Below are positions 1 through 16,318 of a DNA stretch of 64,000 nucleotides, in pieces. The DNA comes from Escherichia coli (GTDB lineage Bacteria; Pseudomonadota; Gammaproteobacteria; Enterobacterales; Enterobacteriaceae). Under the pieces are notes generated by a model. It saw only the letters and a program-made list of their open reading frames with translations, was not told the origin of the DNA and ran no database searches. The stretch lies in the NCBI RefSeq assembly GCF_045037415.1, contig NZ_CP173438.1, one strand, 5' to 3'. The translations under genes and the position numbers were made by a program. Position 1 is the stretch's first letter. Each line of letters opens with the position of its first letter.

Positions 1-521
1 TGGCACGTGAAGCGTTAGGCACAAACTGGCTAAAATTGGAGATTCACCCTGACGCCCGCTGGCTGTTGCCCGATCCCATCGAAACCCTGAAAGCCGCCGA
101 AACGCTGGTACAACAGGGATTTGTCGTGCTGCCTTACTGCGGGGCCGATCCGGTATTGTGTAAACGTCTGGAAGAAGTCGGCTGTGCAGCGGTGATGCCG
201 CTCGGCGCGCCGATTGGCTCGAATCAGGGACTGGAAACCCGCGCCATGCTGGAGATTATTATCCAGCAGGCCACCGTTCCGGTGGTTGTCGATGCTGGCA
301 TCGGCGTTCCCAGCCATGCCGCGCAGGCGCTGGAAATGGGGGCCGACGCGGTGTTAGTGAATACGGCGATTGCCGTCGCGGACGATCCCGTCAACATGGC
401 GAAGGCATTTCGTCTGGCGGTAGAAGCAGGCCTGCTGGCACGTCAGTCCGGACCGGGCAGCCGCAGTCATTTTGCTCATGCCACCAGCCCGCTGACTGGA
501 TTTCTGGAGGCATCGGCATGA
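1..521 (+). CDS. thiG: thiazole synthase ThiG, 5'-truncated by window start (C-terminal ~161 aa visible)
   Basis: ORF 36..521 translation matches ThiG C-terminus; 4-nt ATGA overlap with thiH start; synteny thiG-thiH. Confidence 0.85.
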
Positions 522-1651
522 AAACCTTCAGCGATCGCTGGCGACAACTGGACTGGGATGACATCCACCTGCGTATCAACGGCAAAACGGCTGCTGACGT
601 AGAGCGGGCGCTAAATGCCTCGCAACTCACCCGCGACGACATGATGGCATTGCTATCACCCGCCGCCAGTGGCTATCTGGAACCACTGGCCCAGCGAGCG
701 CAACGTCTGACTCGTCAGCGATTTGGCAACGTCGTCAGCTTCTACGTCCCGCTTTATCTTTCCAATCTTTGCGCTAACGACTGTACTTATTGCGGATTTT
801 CTATGAGCAACCGCATCAAGCGCAAAACGCTGGATGAAGCGGATATTGCCAGGGAAAGCGCCGCTATACGGGAGATGGGCTTTGAACATCTGCTATTAGT
901 CACTGGTGAACATCAGGCGAAAGTGGGGATGGATTACTTTCGTCGTCATCTCCCTGCCCTGCGTGAACAGTTCTCTTCACTACAGATGGAAGTGCAACCG
1001 CTGGCGGAGGCGGAATATGCCGAGTTAAAACAGCTTGGCCTCGATGGAGTAATGGTTTATCAGGAGACATATCATGAGGCGACTTATGCCCATCATCATC
1101 TGAAAGGTAAAAAACAGGACTTCTTCTGGCGGCTGGAAACGCCGGATCGGCTAGGGCGTGCGGGGATTGATAAGATAGGCCTCGGCGCGCTAATCGGCCT
1201 TTCCGACAGCTGGCGAGTTGACTGCTATATGGTTGCCGAACATTTGCTATGGCTGCAACAGCATTACTGGCAAAGCCGCTACTCTGTCTCCTTCCCACGC
1301 CTGCGTCCATGTACTGGCGGCATTGAGCCTGCGTCGATTATGGATGAACGCCAGTTAGTGCAAGCCATCTGCGCTTTCCGGCTGCTTGCACCGGAGATTG
1401 AACTGTCACTCTCCACGCGGGAATCACCGTGGTTTCGCGATCGCGTGATTCCGCTGGCAATTAATAACGTCAGCGCTTTTTCGAAAACGCAGCCAGGTGG
1501 CTATGCCGACAACCACCCCGAGCTGGAACAGTTCTCACCGCACGACGATCGCAGACCGGAAGCGGTTGCTGCCGCGTTAACCGCTCAGGGTTTGCAGCCG
1601 GTATGGAAAGACTGGGACAGCTATCTGGGACGCCCATCGCAAAGGCCATGA
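518..1651 (+). CDS. thiH: 2-iminoacetate synthase ThiH (radical SAM)
   Basis: 377 aa; radical SAM CxxxCxxC motif ([10 protein letters not shown]); follows thiG. Confidence 0.9.
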
Positions 1652-1846
1652 GACAGAATGTAAGAACGTAAATTTATTCCGAGCCGCTACGGAAGATGAA
1701 AAACGCAAGGTTGTTGAAAGCGTTGTGTTTTTTTATGGTAGTGCCGTCAGCAGGAATGTTGTCCAGGGCGAAAAGCTTCTTCCTCGTTTCGCCCTGCCTT
1801 TCTTAATATTTCCCGTGAAGACTTTGCCCTCTGAATAACACCCATA

Positions 1847-1876
1847 AAAAAACCCGCCGAAGCGGGTTTTTACGTT
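1847..1876. terminator. Bidirectional intrinsic terminator between convergent thiH and rpoC
   Basis: GC-rich hairpin aaacccgc-cgaa-gcgggttt flanked by A-run upstream and T-run downstream, so usable on both strands. Confidence 0.7.
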
Positions 1877-1892
1877 ATTTGCGGATTAACGA

Positions 1893-4800
1893 TTACTCGT
1901 TATCAGAACCGCCCAGACCTGCGTTCAGCAGTTCTGCCAGGCTGGCAGATGCGTCTTCTGCAGTCACCTGCGGTGCAGCCGGAGCTTCACCCGCAGCACG
2001 GCGACGCATACGATCCTGGTGGTACGCGTAACCGGTACCTGCCGGGATCAGACGACCCACGATAACGTTCTCTTTCAGGCCGCGCAGTTCGTCGCGTTTG
2101 CCCGCAACGGCTGCTTCGGTCAGCACGCGAGTGGTCTCCTGGAACGATGCCGCGGAGATGAAGGACTCGGTTGCCAGAGACGCTTTGGTAATACCCAGCA
2201 GATCGCGGGAGTAAGTTGCACCCACTTTACCGTTCGCTTCCAGTTCGCGGTTTGCGATCTTGACGCGAGAGTATTCAACCTGTTCACCTTCCAGGAAGTC
2301 GGAGCTGCCCGCGTTAACGATGGTAGCTTTACGCAGCATCTGACGAACGATAACTTCGATGTGTTTATCGTTAATCTTAACGCCCTGCAGACGGTATACG
2401 TCCTGTACTTCGTTAACGATGTAACGAGTCACAGCATGAACACCACGCAGACGCAGAATGTCGTGCGGCGCTTCCGGACCGTCGGAAATTACGTCACCAC
2501 GTTCTACACGTTCACCTTCGAACACGTTGAGCTGACGCCATTTCGGAATCATCTCTTCGTACGGATCGCTACCGTCTACCGGGGTGATAACCAGACGACG
2601 TTTACCTTTGGTTTCTTTACCGAAGGAAACGATACCGCTGATTTCAGCCAGGATTGCCGGCTCTTTCGGACGACGTGCTTCGAACAGGTCCGCAACGCGC
2701 GGCAGACCACCGGTGATGTCCTTGGTACCGCCGGATTCCTGCGGAATACGCGCCAGGGTGTCACCAGAGCTGATCTGTACGCCATCTTCCAGCTGAACAA
2801 TCGCTTTACCCGGCAGGAAGTACTGCGCAGGCATATCGGTACCCGGGATCAGAACGTCGTTACCCTGAGCATCAACGATTTTCAGTGCCGGACGCAGATC
2901 TTTACCACCTGCGGTACGTTCTGCGGAATCCAGAACCACCAGCGAAGACAGACCGGTCAATTCGTCGGTCTGACGAGTAATGGTCTGGCCGTCGATCATG
3001 TCAGTAAAGCGTACAAAACCGCTTACTTCGGTGATAACCGGCATGGTGTGCGGGTCCCAGTTTGCAACGGTTTCGCCGCCAGCAACCTGTTCGCCATCGC
3101 CTTTCGCCAGTACCGCACCGTAAGGTACTTTGTAGCTTTCTTTGGTACGACCGAATTCGTCGATCAGTTTCAGTTCGGTGTTACGGGAAGTGATAACCAG
3201 TTTACCGCTGGAGTTCACAACCGACTTCACGTTGCTGAGCTTGATGCTACCTTTGTTTTTCACCTGGATGCTGGATTCAGCAGCCGCACGAGATGCCGCA
3301 CCACCGATGTGGAACGTACGCATGGTCAGCTGTGTACCCGGTTCACCGATGGACTGTGCCGCGATAACACCGATTGCTTCACCTTTATTGATGATGTGGC
3401 CACGCGCCAGGTCACGACCGTAGCAGTGCGCACATACACCAAAGTCGGTGTCACAAGATACAACAGAACGTACTTTAACCGCGTCGACAGAGTTCTCTTC
3501 CAGCAGGTCACACCACTGTTCGTGCAGCAGCGTGTTGCGCGGAACGAGGATATCAGCAGTACCCGGCTTCAGAACGTCTTCAGCAGTTACACGACCCAAT
3601 ACGCGATCGCGCAGCGGCTCTTTAACGTCACCACCCTCGATAACCGGAGTCATCATGATACCTTCATGGGTACCACAATCGTCTTCGGTAACCACCAGGT
3701 CCTGCGCCACGTCAACCAGACGACGAGTCAGGTAACCGGAGTTCGCCGTTTTCAGTGCGGTATCCGCCAGACCTTTACGAGCACCGTGGGTGGAGATGAA
3801 GTACTGGAGTACGTTCAGACCTTCACGGAAGTTCGCGGTGATTGGCGTTTCGATGATGGAGCCATCCGGCTTCGCCATCAGACCACGCATACCAGCAAGC
3901 TGACGAATCTGTGCCGCAGAACCACGCGCACCGGAGTCGGCCATCATGTAGATGCTGTTGAAGGAAACCTGCTTCTCTTCCTGACCGTCACGGTTAATAA
4001 CGGTTTCAGTTTGCAGGTTATCCATCATCGCTTTGGATACACGATCGTTCGCCGCAGCCCAGATATCGATAACTTTGTTGTAGCGTTCGCCCGCAGTTAC
4101 CAGACCAGACTGGAACTGCTCCTGAATTTCAGCAACTTCTGCTTCTGCCTCGGAGATGATTTCGTGTTTCTTCTCCGGGATGACCATGTCATCGATACCA
4201 ACAGATGCACCAGAACGCGCTGCATATGCAAAGCCGGTATACATGATCTGGTCCGCAAAAATAACGGTCGGTTTCAGACCGAGAATGCGGTAGCAGGTGT
4301 TCAGCATTTTGGAGATTGCTTTTTTACCCAGCGCCTGGTTGACGATGGTGTAAGGCAGACCTTTCGGTACAATCATCCACAGAATGGCACGGCCAACAGT
4401 CGTGTCTTTCAGGCTGGTTTTCGCCACTAATTCACCGTTAGCATCTTTTTCATACTCGGTGATACGCACTTTAACGCGCGCATGCAGAGAAGCCAGACCA
4501 GAGCGATACAGACGTTCTGCTTCTTTCGGGCCAGTCAGCACCATGCCTTCGCCTTTGGCGTTAACACAGTCGCGGGTCATGTAGTACAGACCCAGTACAA
4601 CGTCCTGAGACGGAACGATGATTGGTTCGCCGTTCGCCGGGGACAGGATGTTGTTGGTAGACATCATCAGCGCACGCGCTTCCAGCTGGGCTTCCAGCGT
4701 CAGCGGTACGTGAACGGCCATCTGGTCACCATCGAAGTCGGCGTTATATGCCGCACAAACCAGCGGGTGCAGCTGGATAGCTTTACCTTCGATCAGTACC

Positions 4801-6116
4801 GGTTCAAATGCCTGGATACCCAGACGGTGCAGAGTCGGTGCACGGTTCAGCAGTACCGGGTGTTCGCGGATAACTTCGTCCAGGATATCCCAAACGACAG
4901 CTTCTTCGCGCTCAACCATTTTCTTCGCAGCTTTGATGGTGGTAGCAAGACCACGCAGTTCCAGCTTGCCGTAGATGAACGGTTTGAACAGCTCCAGCGC
5001 CATTTTCTTCGGCAGACCGCACTGATGCAGACGCAGGTATGGACCTACGGTGATTACAGAACGACCGGAGTAGTCAACACGCTTACCGAGCAGGTTCTGA
5101 CGGAAACGACCCTGTTTACCTTTGATCATGTCGGCCAAAGATTTCAGAGGACGCTTGTTAGAACCGGTGATTGCACGACCGCGACGACCGTTATCCAGCA
5201 GGGCGTCTACCGCTTCCTGCAGCATACGTTTTTCGTTACGTACGATGATATCCGGCGCAGCCAGGTCCAGCAGACGTTTCAGACGGTTGTTACGGTTAAT
5301 GACGCGACGATACAGATCGTTCAGGTCAGAAGTCGCGAAACGACCACCATCCAGCGGAACCAGCGGACGCAGATCTGGCGGCAGTACCGGCAGAACGGTC
5401 AGGATCATCCACTCTGGTTTGTTACCAGACTGAACGAACGCTTCCAGCAGTTTGATACGCTTGGTCAGCTTTTTACGCTTGGTTTCGGAGTTGGTTTCGT
5501 TCAGCTCTTCACGCAGCTGTTCGCACTCTTGCTCCAGATCCATGCTCTTCAGCAGGGCCTGGATTGCTTCCGCCCCCATCTTCGCGTCGAATTCGTCACC
5601 GAACTCTTCCAGCGCGTCCAGATACTGCTCTTCAGTCAGGATCTGCTGACGCTCCAGGTTGGTCATACCACCTTCGATAACCACATAGGATTCGAAGTAC
5701 AGTACGCGTTCGATATCGCGCAGCGGCATATCGAGCAGCAGGCCGATACGGGACGGCAGCGATTTCAGGAACCAGATGTGCGCAGTCGGGGAAGCCAGTT
5801 CGATGTGGCCCATACGCTCACGGCGTACTTTAGTCTGGGTCACTTCAACGCCGCACTTCTCACAGATGACGCCACGGTGTTTCAGGCGCTTGTACTTACC
5901 GCACAGGCACTCGTAATCTTTTACCGGCCCAAAGATACGGGCGCAGAAAAGGCCGTCACGTTCTGGTTTGAACGTACGGTAGTTGATGGTTTCCGGCTTT
6001 TTAACTTCACCGAAAGACCATGAACGGATCATGTCTGGCGAAGCCAGAGCAATTTTGATCGCATCAAACTCTTCGGTTTTAGTCTGCGCTTTCAGAAACT
6101 TTAATAAATCTTTCAC
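1893..6116 (-). CDS. rpoC: DNA-directed RNA polymerase subunit beta' (RpoC)
   Basis: 1407 aa; catalytic NADFDGDQM motif; 76-bp gap to rpoB. Confidence 0.98.
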
Positions 6117-6192
6117 GGATTTGCTCCCGTCGGAGTTAGCACAATCCGCTGCCGGGTTTTACCCCGACAGCAGTGACCTGTTTGAGCGAGAA

Positions 6193-9100
6193 TTACTCGT
6201 CTTCCAGTTCGATGTTGATACCCAGCGAACGAATCTCTTTCAACAATACGTTGAAGGATTCTGGCATGCCCGGCTCCATCTGATGGTTGCCGTCCACGAT
6301 GTTTTTATACATCTTAGTACGACCGTTCACGTCATCAGACTTAACGGTGAGCATTTCCTGCAGGGTGTATGCTGCGCCGTATGCTTCCAGCGCCCACACT
6401 TCCATCTCCCCGAAACGCTGACCACCGAACTGTGCCTTACCACCCAGCGGCTGCTGAGTAACCAGGCTGTAAGAACCGGTGGAACGCGCGTGCATCTTGT
6501 CGTCGACCAGGTGGTTCAGTTTCAGCATGTACATGTAACCAACGGTTACCGGACGTTCGAACTGTTCACCAGTGCGACCGTCGTACAGGCGGATCTGACC
6601 AGAAGTCGGCAGGTCGCCAAGTTTCAGCAGCTCTTTAATTTCTGCTTCTTTCGCACCGTCGAAGACCGGCGTTGCGATTGGCATACCTTTGCGCAGGTTT
6701 TCAGCCAGACGCATAACTTCTTCATCGCTGAAGGTACTCAGGTCAACTTTCTGACGAACATCAGCGCCCAGATCGTACGCACGCTGGATGAATTCGCGCA
6801 GTTTCGCGACTTCTTGCTGCTGTTTCAGCATGGCGTTGATCTTGTCGCCGATACCTTTCGCAGCCATACCCAGGTGGGTTTCGAGGATCTGACCAATGTT
6901 CATACGAGACGGTACGCCCAGCGGGTTCAGTACGATGTCTACCGGAGTACCGTTTTCATCGTAAGGCATATCTTCGATCGGGTTGATCTTAGAAATTACA
7001 CCCTTGTTACCATGACGGCCTGCCATCTTGTCACCAGGCTGGATACGGCGTTTAACCGCCAGATATACCTTAACAATCTTCAGCACGCCCGGTGCCAGAT
7101 CGTCGCCCTGGGTGATTTTGCGGCGTTTCGCTTCGAGTTTCTTCTCGAACTCGTGTTTCAGTTCGTCATACTGCTCAGCCAGCTGTTCCAGCTGATTTTG
7201 TTTCTCTTCGTCGGTCAGGCCCAGCTCCAGCCAGCGATCGCGCGGCAGTTTGTCGAGCTTCTCAGCTTCAACGCCACCGGCTACCAGCACAGCACGGATA
7301 CGGCTGAACAGACCTGCTTCGAGGATCTGCAGTTCTTCAGACAGGTCTTTCTTCGCCTGTTTGAGCTGCATTTCTTCGATTTCCAGCGCACGTTTATCTT
7401 TTTCTACGCCATCGCGAGTAAAGACCTGAACGTCGATAACCGTACCGGATACACCGTTTGGTACGCGCAGAGAAGAGTCTTTAACGTCAGACGCTTTCTC
7501 ACCGAAGATCGCACGCAGCAGTTTTTCTTCTGGGGTCAGCTGAGTTTCACCTTTCGGCGTTACCTTACCAACCAGAATGTCGCCACCGGTCACTTCCGCA
7601 CCAATGTAAACGATACCGGATTCATCCAGTTTGGAGAGCGCAGCTTCACCCACGTTCGGGATGTCAGCGGTGATCTCTTCCGGCCCCAGCTTGGTATCAC
7701 GGGACACACACGCCAGTTCCTGAATATGGATGGTGGTGAAACGGTCTTCCTGAACAACACGCTCGGATACGAGGATGGAGTCTTCGAAGTTGTAACCATT
7801 CCACGGCATGAACGCTACGCGCATGTTCTGACCAAGCGCCAGTTCACCGAGGTCGGTGGACGGACCGTCTGCCAGCACGTCGCCACGTTCTACCGGTTCA
7901 CCCAGAGACACACACGGCATCTGGTTGATACAGGTGTTCTGGTTAGAACGGGTGTACTTGGTCAGGTTGTAGATGTCGATACCTGCTTCACCCGGATACA
8001 TCTCGTCTTCGTTAACTTTGATAACGATACGGGAAGCATCCACGTACTGAACGACACCACCACGTTTAGCAACCGCAGTTACACCAGAGTCAACGGCAAC
8101 AGCACGTTCCATACCCGTACCAACCAGCGGCTTATCAGCACGCAGAGTCGGAACGGCCTGACGTTGCATGTTCGCACCCATCAATGCACGGTTGGCGTCA
8201 TCGTGTTCCAGGAACGGGATCAGGGACGCACCGACGGATACCACCTGCTGGGTGGATACGTCCATGTAGTCAACCTGGTCGCGGCTGAACAAGCTGGATT
8301 CGCCTTTGCTACGGCAAGTTACCAGGTCTTCTACGAAGTGGCCTTCTTCATCCAGGTTGGAGTTCGCCTGGGCGATAACGTAGTTGCCTTCTTCGATAGC
8401 AGACAGATAGTGAATTTCGTCAGTTACAACACCGTCGGTCACTTTACGATACGGAGTCTCAAGGAAGCCGTATTCGTTAGTCTGTGCGTACACGGACAGG
8501 GAGTTGATCAGACCGATGTTCGGACCTTCAGGGGTTTCGATTGGACATACGCGACCGTAGTGAGTCGGGTGTACGTCTCGAACTTCGAAGCCTGCACGTT
8601 CACGGGTCAGACCGCCTGGGCCGAGTGCCGAGATACGACGTTTGTGCGTAATCTCAGACAGCGGGTTGTTCTGGTCCATAAACTGAGACAGCTGGCTGGA
8701 ACCGAAGAACTCTTTCACTGCTGCGGAAATCGGCTTGGCGTTGATCATATCCTGAGGCATCAGGGTATCCAGATCGCCCAGAGACAGACGCTCTTTCACC
8801 GCACGCTCTACACGTACCAGGCCAACGCGGAACTGGTTTTCCGCCATTTCGCCAACAGAACGGATACGACGGTTGCCGAGGTGGTCGATATCATCGACTT
8901 CGCCTTTACCGTTACGGATATCGATGAGCTTTTTCATAACATCAATGATGTCGTCTTTGCTCAGGATACCGGAACCTTCGATTTCTTCGCGCAGCAGAGA
9001 ACGGTTGAACTTCATACGACCAACCGCAGACAGGTCATAGCGGTCTTCGGAGAAGAACAGGTTCTCAAACAGGCTTTCAGCTGCTTCACGAGTCGGCGGC

Positions 9101-10221
9101 TCGCCAGGGCGCATCATACGGTAGATTTCTACCAGTGCGCTCAGACGGTCGTTAGTTGGGTCGACACGTAAGGTTTCAGAGATATATGGGCCGTGATCCA
9201 GATCGTTGGTGAACAGCGTTTCGATACGCTTGTGACCAGACTGGCTCAGCTTAGCCAGCAGATCCAGGCTCAGCTCCATGTTCGCTGCGCAGATCAGCTC
9301 GCCGGTAGACTCATCAATATAGTCTTTAGCAACCACTTTACCTGCGATGTACTCAACCGGGACTTCGATCAGTTTGACGTCGTCTTTTTCCAGCTGGCGA
9401 ATGTGGCGCGCAGTAATACGGCGGCCTTTTTCTACGTACACTTTACCGTTAGCTTCGATGTCGAAAGATGCGGTTTCACCACGCAGGCGTTCCGGCACCA
9501 GTTCCATCTGCAGCTTGTTATCACGGATTTCAAAGATAACTTTTTCAAAGAACAGGTCGAGGATCTGCTCTGTGGTGTAGTTCAGGGCACGCAGAATGAT
9601 GGTCGCAGGCAGTTTACGGCGACGGTCGATACGTACGAACAGGTTGTCCTTCGGATCGAATTCGAAGTCCAGCCAGGAACCACGGTAAGGGATGATGCGC
9701 GCGTTATACAGCACTTTACCCGAAGAGTGGGTTTTACCTTTGTCGGAGTCAAAGAAGACGCCCGGACTACGGTGCAGCTGGGAAACGATAACACGCTCAG
9801 TACCGTTGATAACAAAGGTACCGTTGTCCGTCATGAGCGGAATTTCGCCCATGTAGACTTCTTGTTCTTTAATGTCTTTTACGGTGCCTTCCGGCGCTTC
9901 GCGCTCATAGATCACCAGACGCAGTTTAACGCGCAGCGGTGCGGAATAGGTCACGCCACGGATTTGACATTCCTGGACGTCAAACACCGGTTCGCCAAGG
10001 CGGTAGCTGACGTATTGCAGCTCGGAATTACCGCTGTAGCTCTGAATCGGGAATACGGAACGGAAAGCAGCTTCCAGACCATACTGCCCTTCAGGATCTT
10101 GCTCGATAAATTTCTGAAACGAGTCAAGCTGGATAGAAAGGAGATAAGGTACATCCAGAACTTGTGGACGTTTACCAAAATCCTTACGAATACGTTTTTT
10201 CTCGGTATAGGAGTAAACCAT
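6193..10221 (-). CDS. rpoB: DNA-directed RNA polymerase subunit beta (RpoB)
   Basis: Track ORF is 1353 aa; trimmed to the internal Met ([13 protein letters not shown]...) giving the canonical 1342 aa. Confidence 0.97.
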
Positions 10222-10459
10222 AGGGTTCCTCAGCTCGCTGACAAGTCGACCCATCTGTCCATTGAGCGGACAGTTTGTGCAACACTATTTTGTTGACCGG
10301 AAAATGGAACACTTTCCGCAATGCCTGTTGCTATCACGCTTAAACCATTTCATTGCGATTTACACAGAACGGGCGTCCTGTCGCAGTATATTAAGTCGTC
10401 GATAGAAACAAGCATTGAAAGGCACAGCAGTAGTCAAACAGTGTGAAACGCTACTGGCG

Positions 10460-10500
10460 CCTTACAGCGCAAAAAGGCTGGTGACTAAAAAGTCACCAGC
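10460..10500 (-). promoter_or_regulatory. rplL-rpoB intercistronic attenuator hairpin
   Basis: Perfect palindrome ctggtgact-aaaa-agtcaccag followed on the minus strand by a T-run; lies between rplL stop and rpoB start. Confidence 0.6.
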
Positions 10501-10540
10501 CATCAGCCTGATTTCTCAGGCTGCAACCGGAAGGGTTGGC

Positions 10541-10906
<366 letters not shown>

Positions 10907-10972
10907 TTAAATTGTTCCTGAATATCAGAATAAGTTTATACGTAAGCGAATGCGTTAAAAAGATAACTGCGA

Positions 10973-11470
10973 TTAAGCAGCTTCTTTCGCATCGCGTACA
11001 GCAGCCAGAGTACGAACCAGTTTGCCAGCCGAAGCTTCTTTCATGGTTGCCATCAGGCGTGCAATTGCTTCTTCGTAGGTCGGCAGAGTTGCCAGGCGGT
11101 CGATCTGAGACGCCGGGATCAGCTCACCTTCAAAGGCAGCGGCTTTGACCTCAAATTTTGCATTCGCTTTCGCGAACTCTTTGAACAGACGAGCAGCAGC
11201 GCCCGGGTGTTCCATAGAGTATGCAATCAGGGTCGGACCAACAAACGCGTCTTTCAGGCACTCGAACGGAGTACCTTCAACAGCACGGCGCAGCAGGGTG
11301 TTACGAACAACACGCATGTATACGCCAGCTTCGCGACCTGCTTTACGCAGTTCAGTCATTTTATCTACAGTTACGCCACGGGAATCCGCAACTACTGCAG
11401 ACAGCGCGCCTTTGGCTACTTCGCTGACTTCAGCAACAATCGCTTGTTTGTCTTGAAGATTTAAAGCCAT
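10973..11470 (-). CDS. rplJ: 50S ribosomal protein L10
   Basis: 165 aa; synteny rplJ-rplL. Confidence 0.97.
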
Positions 11471-11761
11471 TAGCTTTGCTCCTGGATGTTTGCCAGAGAA
11501 AATCTCTGGAACTCACTTCACTCCTCCAAACGGAGAGAGCGTCTTAATTACGGTGAGCAGAAACAAGCCAGAATATAAAAGAATAATCTTAGCGTTCTGT
11601 CACCGTCTACGCAGGGGATTAAGTTTCTTGCGAAACTCCTGCGGTCTTCGACGGAGGCCTGGATAGGCCAGGCTCCAACGAACAAATCTTTTTAGCTGCT
11701 AACTTTCGTTAGCGTACGTGGGGGTAAGATTGTAGACAAAATCACCGCCCACGTAAAGGCA
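11471..11761 (-). promoter_or_regulatory. rplJ promoter and long untranslated leader (L10-L12 autoregulation target)
   Basis: 291-bp non-coding gap between rplA and rplJ; position matches the known rplJL leader; exact sites not resolved. Confidence 0.5.
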
Positions 11762-13056
<1,295 letters not shown>

Positions 13057-13602
13057 TTAAGCTTTTTCAACCTGGCTGAAGTCCAGCTCTACAGGGGTCG
13101 CACGACCGAAGATAGAAACAGACACTTTCAGACGAGATTTCTCGTAATCAACTTCTTCAACAACGCCGTTGAAGTCAGCGAACGGACCATCATTAACACG
13201 GACCATTTCACCCGGTTCAAACAACGTTTTCGGACGCGGCTTATCACCAACCTGCTGCAGGCGGTTCATAATCGCATCGACTTCTTTATCGCTGATTGGC
13301 GCAGGACGATCGGAAGTACCGCCGATGAAGCCCATCACACGCGGTACGCTGCGCACCAGGTGCCAGCTCGCGTCGTTCATCACCATCTGAACGAGGACGT
13401 AGCCAGGGAAGAATTTACGTTCGCTTTTGCGACGCTGACCGCCACGGATTTCAACCACTTCTTCGGTTGGTACCATGACTTCACCAAACAACTCTTCCAT
13501 GTTGTGTAATTTGATATGCTCACGCAGCGACGTTGCTACGCGGCCTTCAAAACCGGAAAACGCCTGAACGACGTACCAGCGCTTTTTAGGAGCTTCAGAC
13601 AT
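13057..13602 (-). CDS. nusG: Transcription termination/antitermination factor NusG
   Basis: 181 aa; immediately downstream of secE. Confidence 0.97.
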
Positions 13603-13603
13603 C

Positions 13604-13987
13604 TCAGAACCTCAGGCCAGTGATAAAGGATACCAGGCGAACCAGAATACCATCCAGTCCCCACAGGATCAGTGACATTACTGCGGTAACCGCAGCCACA
13701 ATCAGCGTGGTGTGCAATGTTTCCTGGCGAGTCGGCCAAATGACCTTACGGACTTCGGTACGCGCTTCACGGGCAAAAGCAACGGTTGCTTTACCTTTTG
13801 TCGTTAACAGCGCGACACCACCCGCTGCAGCAATCAGAATTACTACGGCCAGCGCACGCAGCGGCAGCATAATGTCGCGATAAAGGTAGTTGCCGACAAT
13901 CGCTACCAGGAGCAATGCCACCACAACGACCCACTTCATCGCTTCCAGGCCGCGCCCGCTTCCTTGAGCTTCGGTATTCGCACTCAT
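13604..13987 (-). CDS. secE: Preprotein translocase subunit SecE
   Basis: 127 aa, hydrophobic; secE-nusG pair. Confidence 0.95.
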
Positions 13988-14159
13988 AAACCAACCTGTC
14001 AGAAGTATTCTACAAACATTTTCACCCCGCGATCGCGAGGCAAACCAAATCGAAACGCGTATTAGCTTTTCGGATTATACGCCCTCAACAGAGCCTGTCT
14101 CAGCAATGATTATGACAAAGAAAATCACTGATGAGCCAGGTTCTGGTACGAAAGCGTGC

Positions 14160-14192
14160 AAAAAGGGCATCAAATGATGCCCTTTTAGTGCG
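14160..14192 (-). terminator. tufB intrinsic terminator
   Basis: Hairpin aaaagggcatca-aatgatgccctttt just downstream of tufB stop, with a T-run on the minus strand. Confidence 0.6.
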
Positions 14193-14216
14193 CATTGCGT
14201 CAAATGTTATCGGCAA

Positions 14217-15437
<1,221 letters not shown>

Positions 15438-15515
15438 TCACCACATCAACCAGGCAACATGCCCGACTTGTTGAATGCAATAAACAGAAGGAAAAAACAG
15501 GGAGGAGAAAAGAAG

Positions 15516-15591
15516 TGGTGCTGATAGGCAGATTCGAACTGCCGACCTCACCCTTACCAAGGGTGCGCTCTACCAACTGAGCTATATCAGC
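15516..15591 (-). tRNA. thrT: tRNA-Thr (GGT)
   Basis: Reverse complement reads GCTGATATAGCTCAGTTGGTAGAGCGCACCCTTGGTAAGGGTGAGGTCGGCAGTTCGAATCTGCCTATCAGCACCA. Confidence 0.95.
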
Positions 15592-15597
15592 ACATCT

Positions 15598-15672
<75 letters not shown>

Positions 15673-15788
15673 ATCCTGGAACTCGGCTACCTGATTTTCA
15701 TTCTGCACTGAATATCGAGAGAAGCTCTCTTTATTCGAGCCGGTAAGCGAACTTATCGTCTCGGGCTACGCCATCGCGTGGCCGAAAT

Positions 15789-15873
<85 letters not shown>

Positions 15874-15881
15874 GGACTTGA

Positions 15882-15957
<76 letters not shown>

Positions 15958-15964
15958 ATCAAGT

Positions 15965-16080
15965 AGCGCGCATTCTATGGAGACATGCGAGTTCATGCAA
16001 CTAAAAAATTGCATAATTTGTTTTATTGGTCACATTTTATGCGACACGATGAAGAAACAGCCGAACGGAGGGCAGATTAG
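15965..16080 (-). promoter_or_regulatory. thrU-tyrU-glyT-thrT-tufB operon promoter with AT-rich upstream region
   Basis: On the minus strand: -35 TTGCAT, -10 TAGAAT, GC-rich discriminator GCGCGC just before the first tRNA; AT-rich tract further upstream. Confidence 0.5.
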
Positions 16081-16318
16081 CACACTTTTTCAACATCATT
16101 GTGCTCAACAATGTGCTCCTGCTAAACCATAATTCTTTTTATCAGATGGAATATCTGTCACATTGCTTTTCAACGATAGCTTCCTGGGAGAGATTTTTTC
16201 TTATTATTCCTCCCCATCTGGTGTTACCCTCCTGCCCATTAACCCATTCAACAGAACTGTGACGCGCCATGGCAAATATCGCTTTGCCGATAGAGCTATG
16301 ACCGCCAGAAACATGCTT

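Noticed and set aside
2019-10296. Very long plus-strand ORFs (803, 513, 1062 and 367 aa) antisense to rpoC and rpoB
   Set aside because: They lie entirely inside, and opposite to, two of the best-established genes in bacteria. Their translations are low-complexity and Arg/Thr/Val/Phe-rich, typical of stop-free antisense frames produced by the strong codon bias of highly expressed genes. No independent start, ribosome-binding site or motif supports them.
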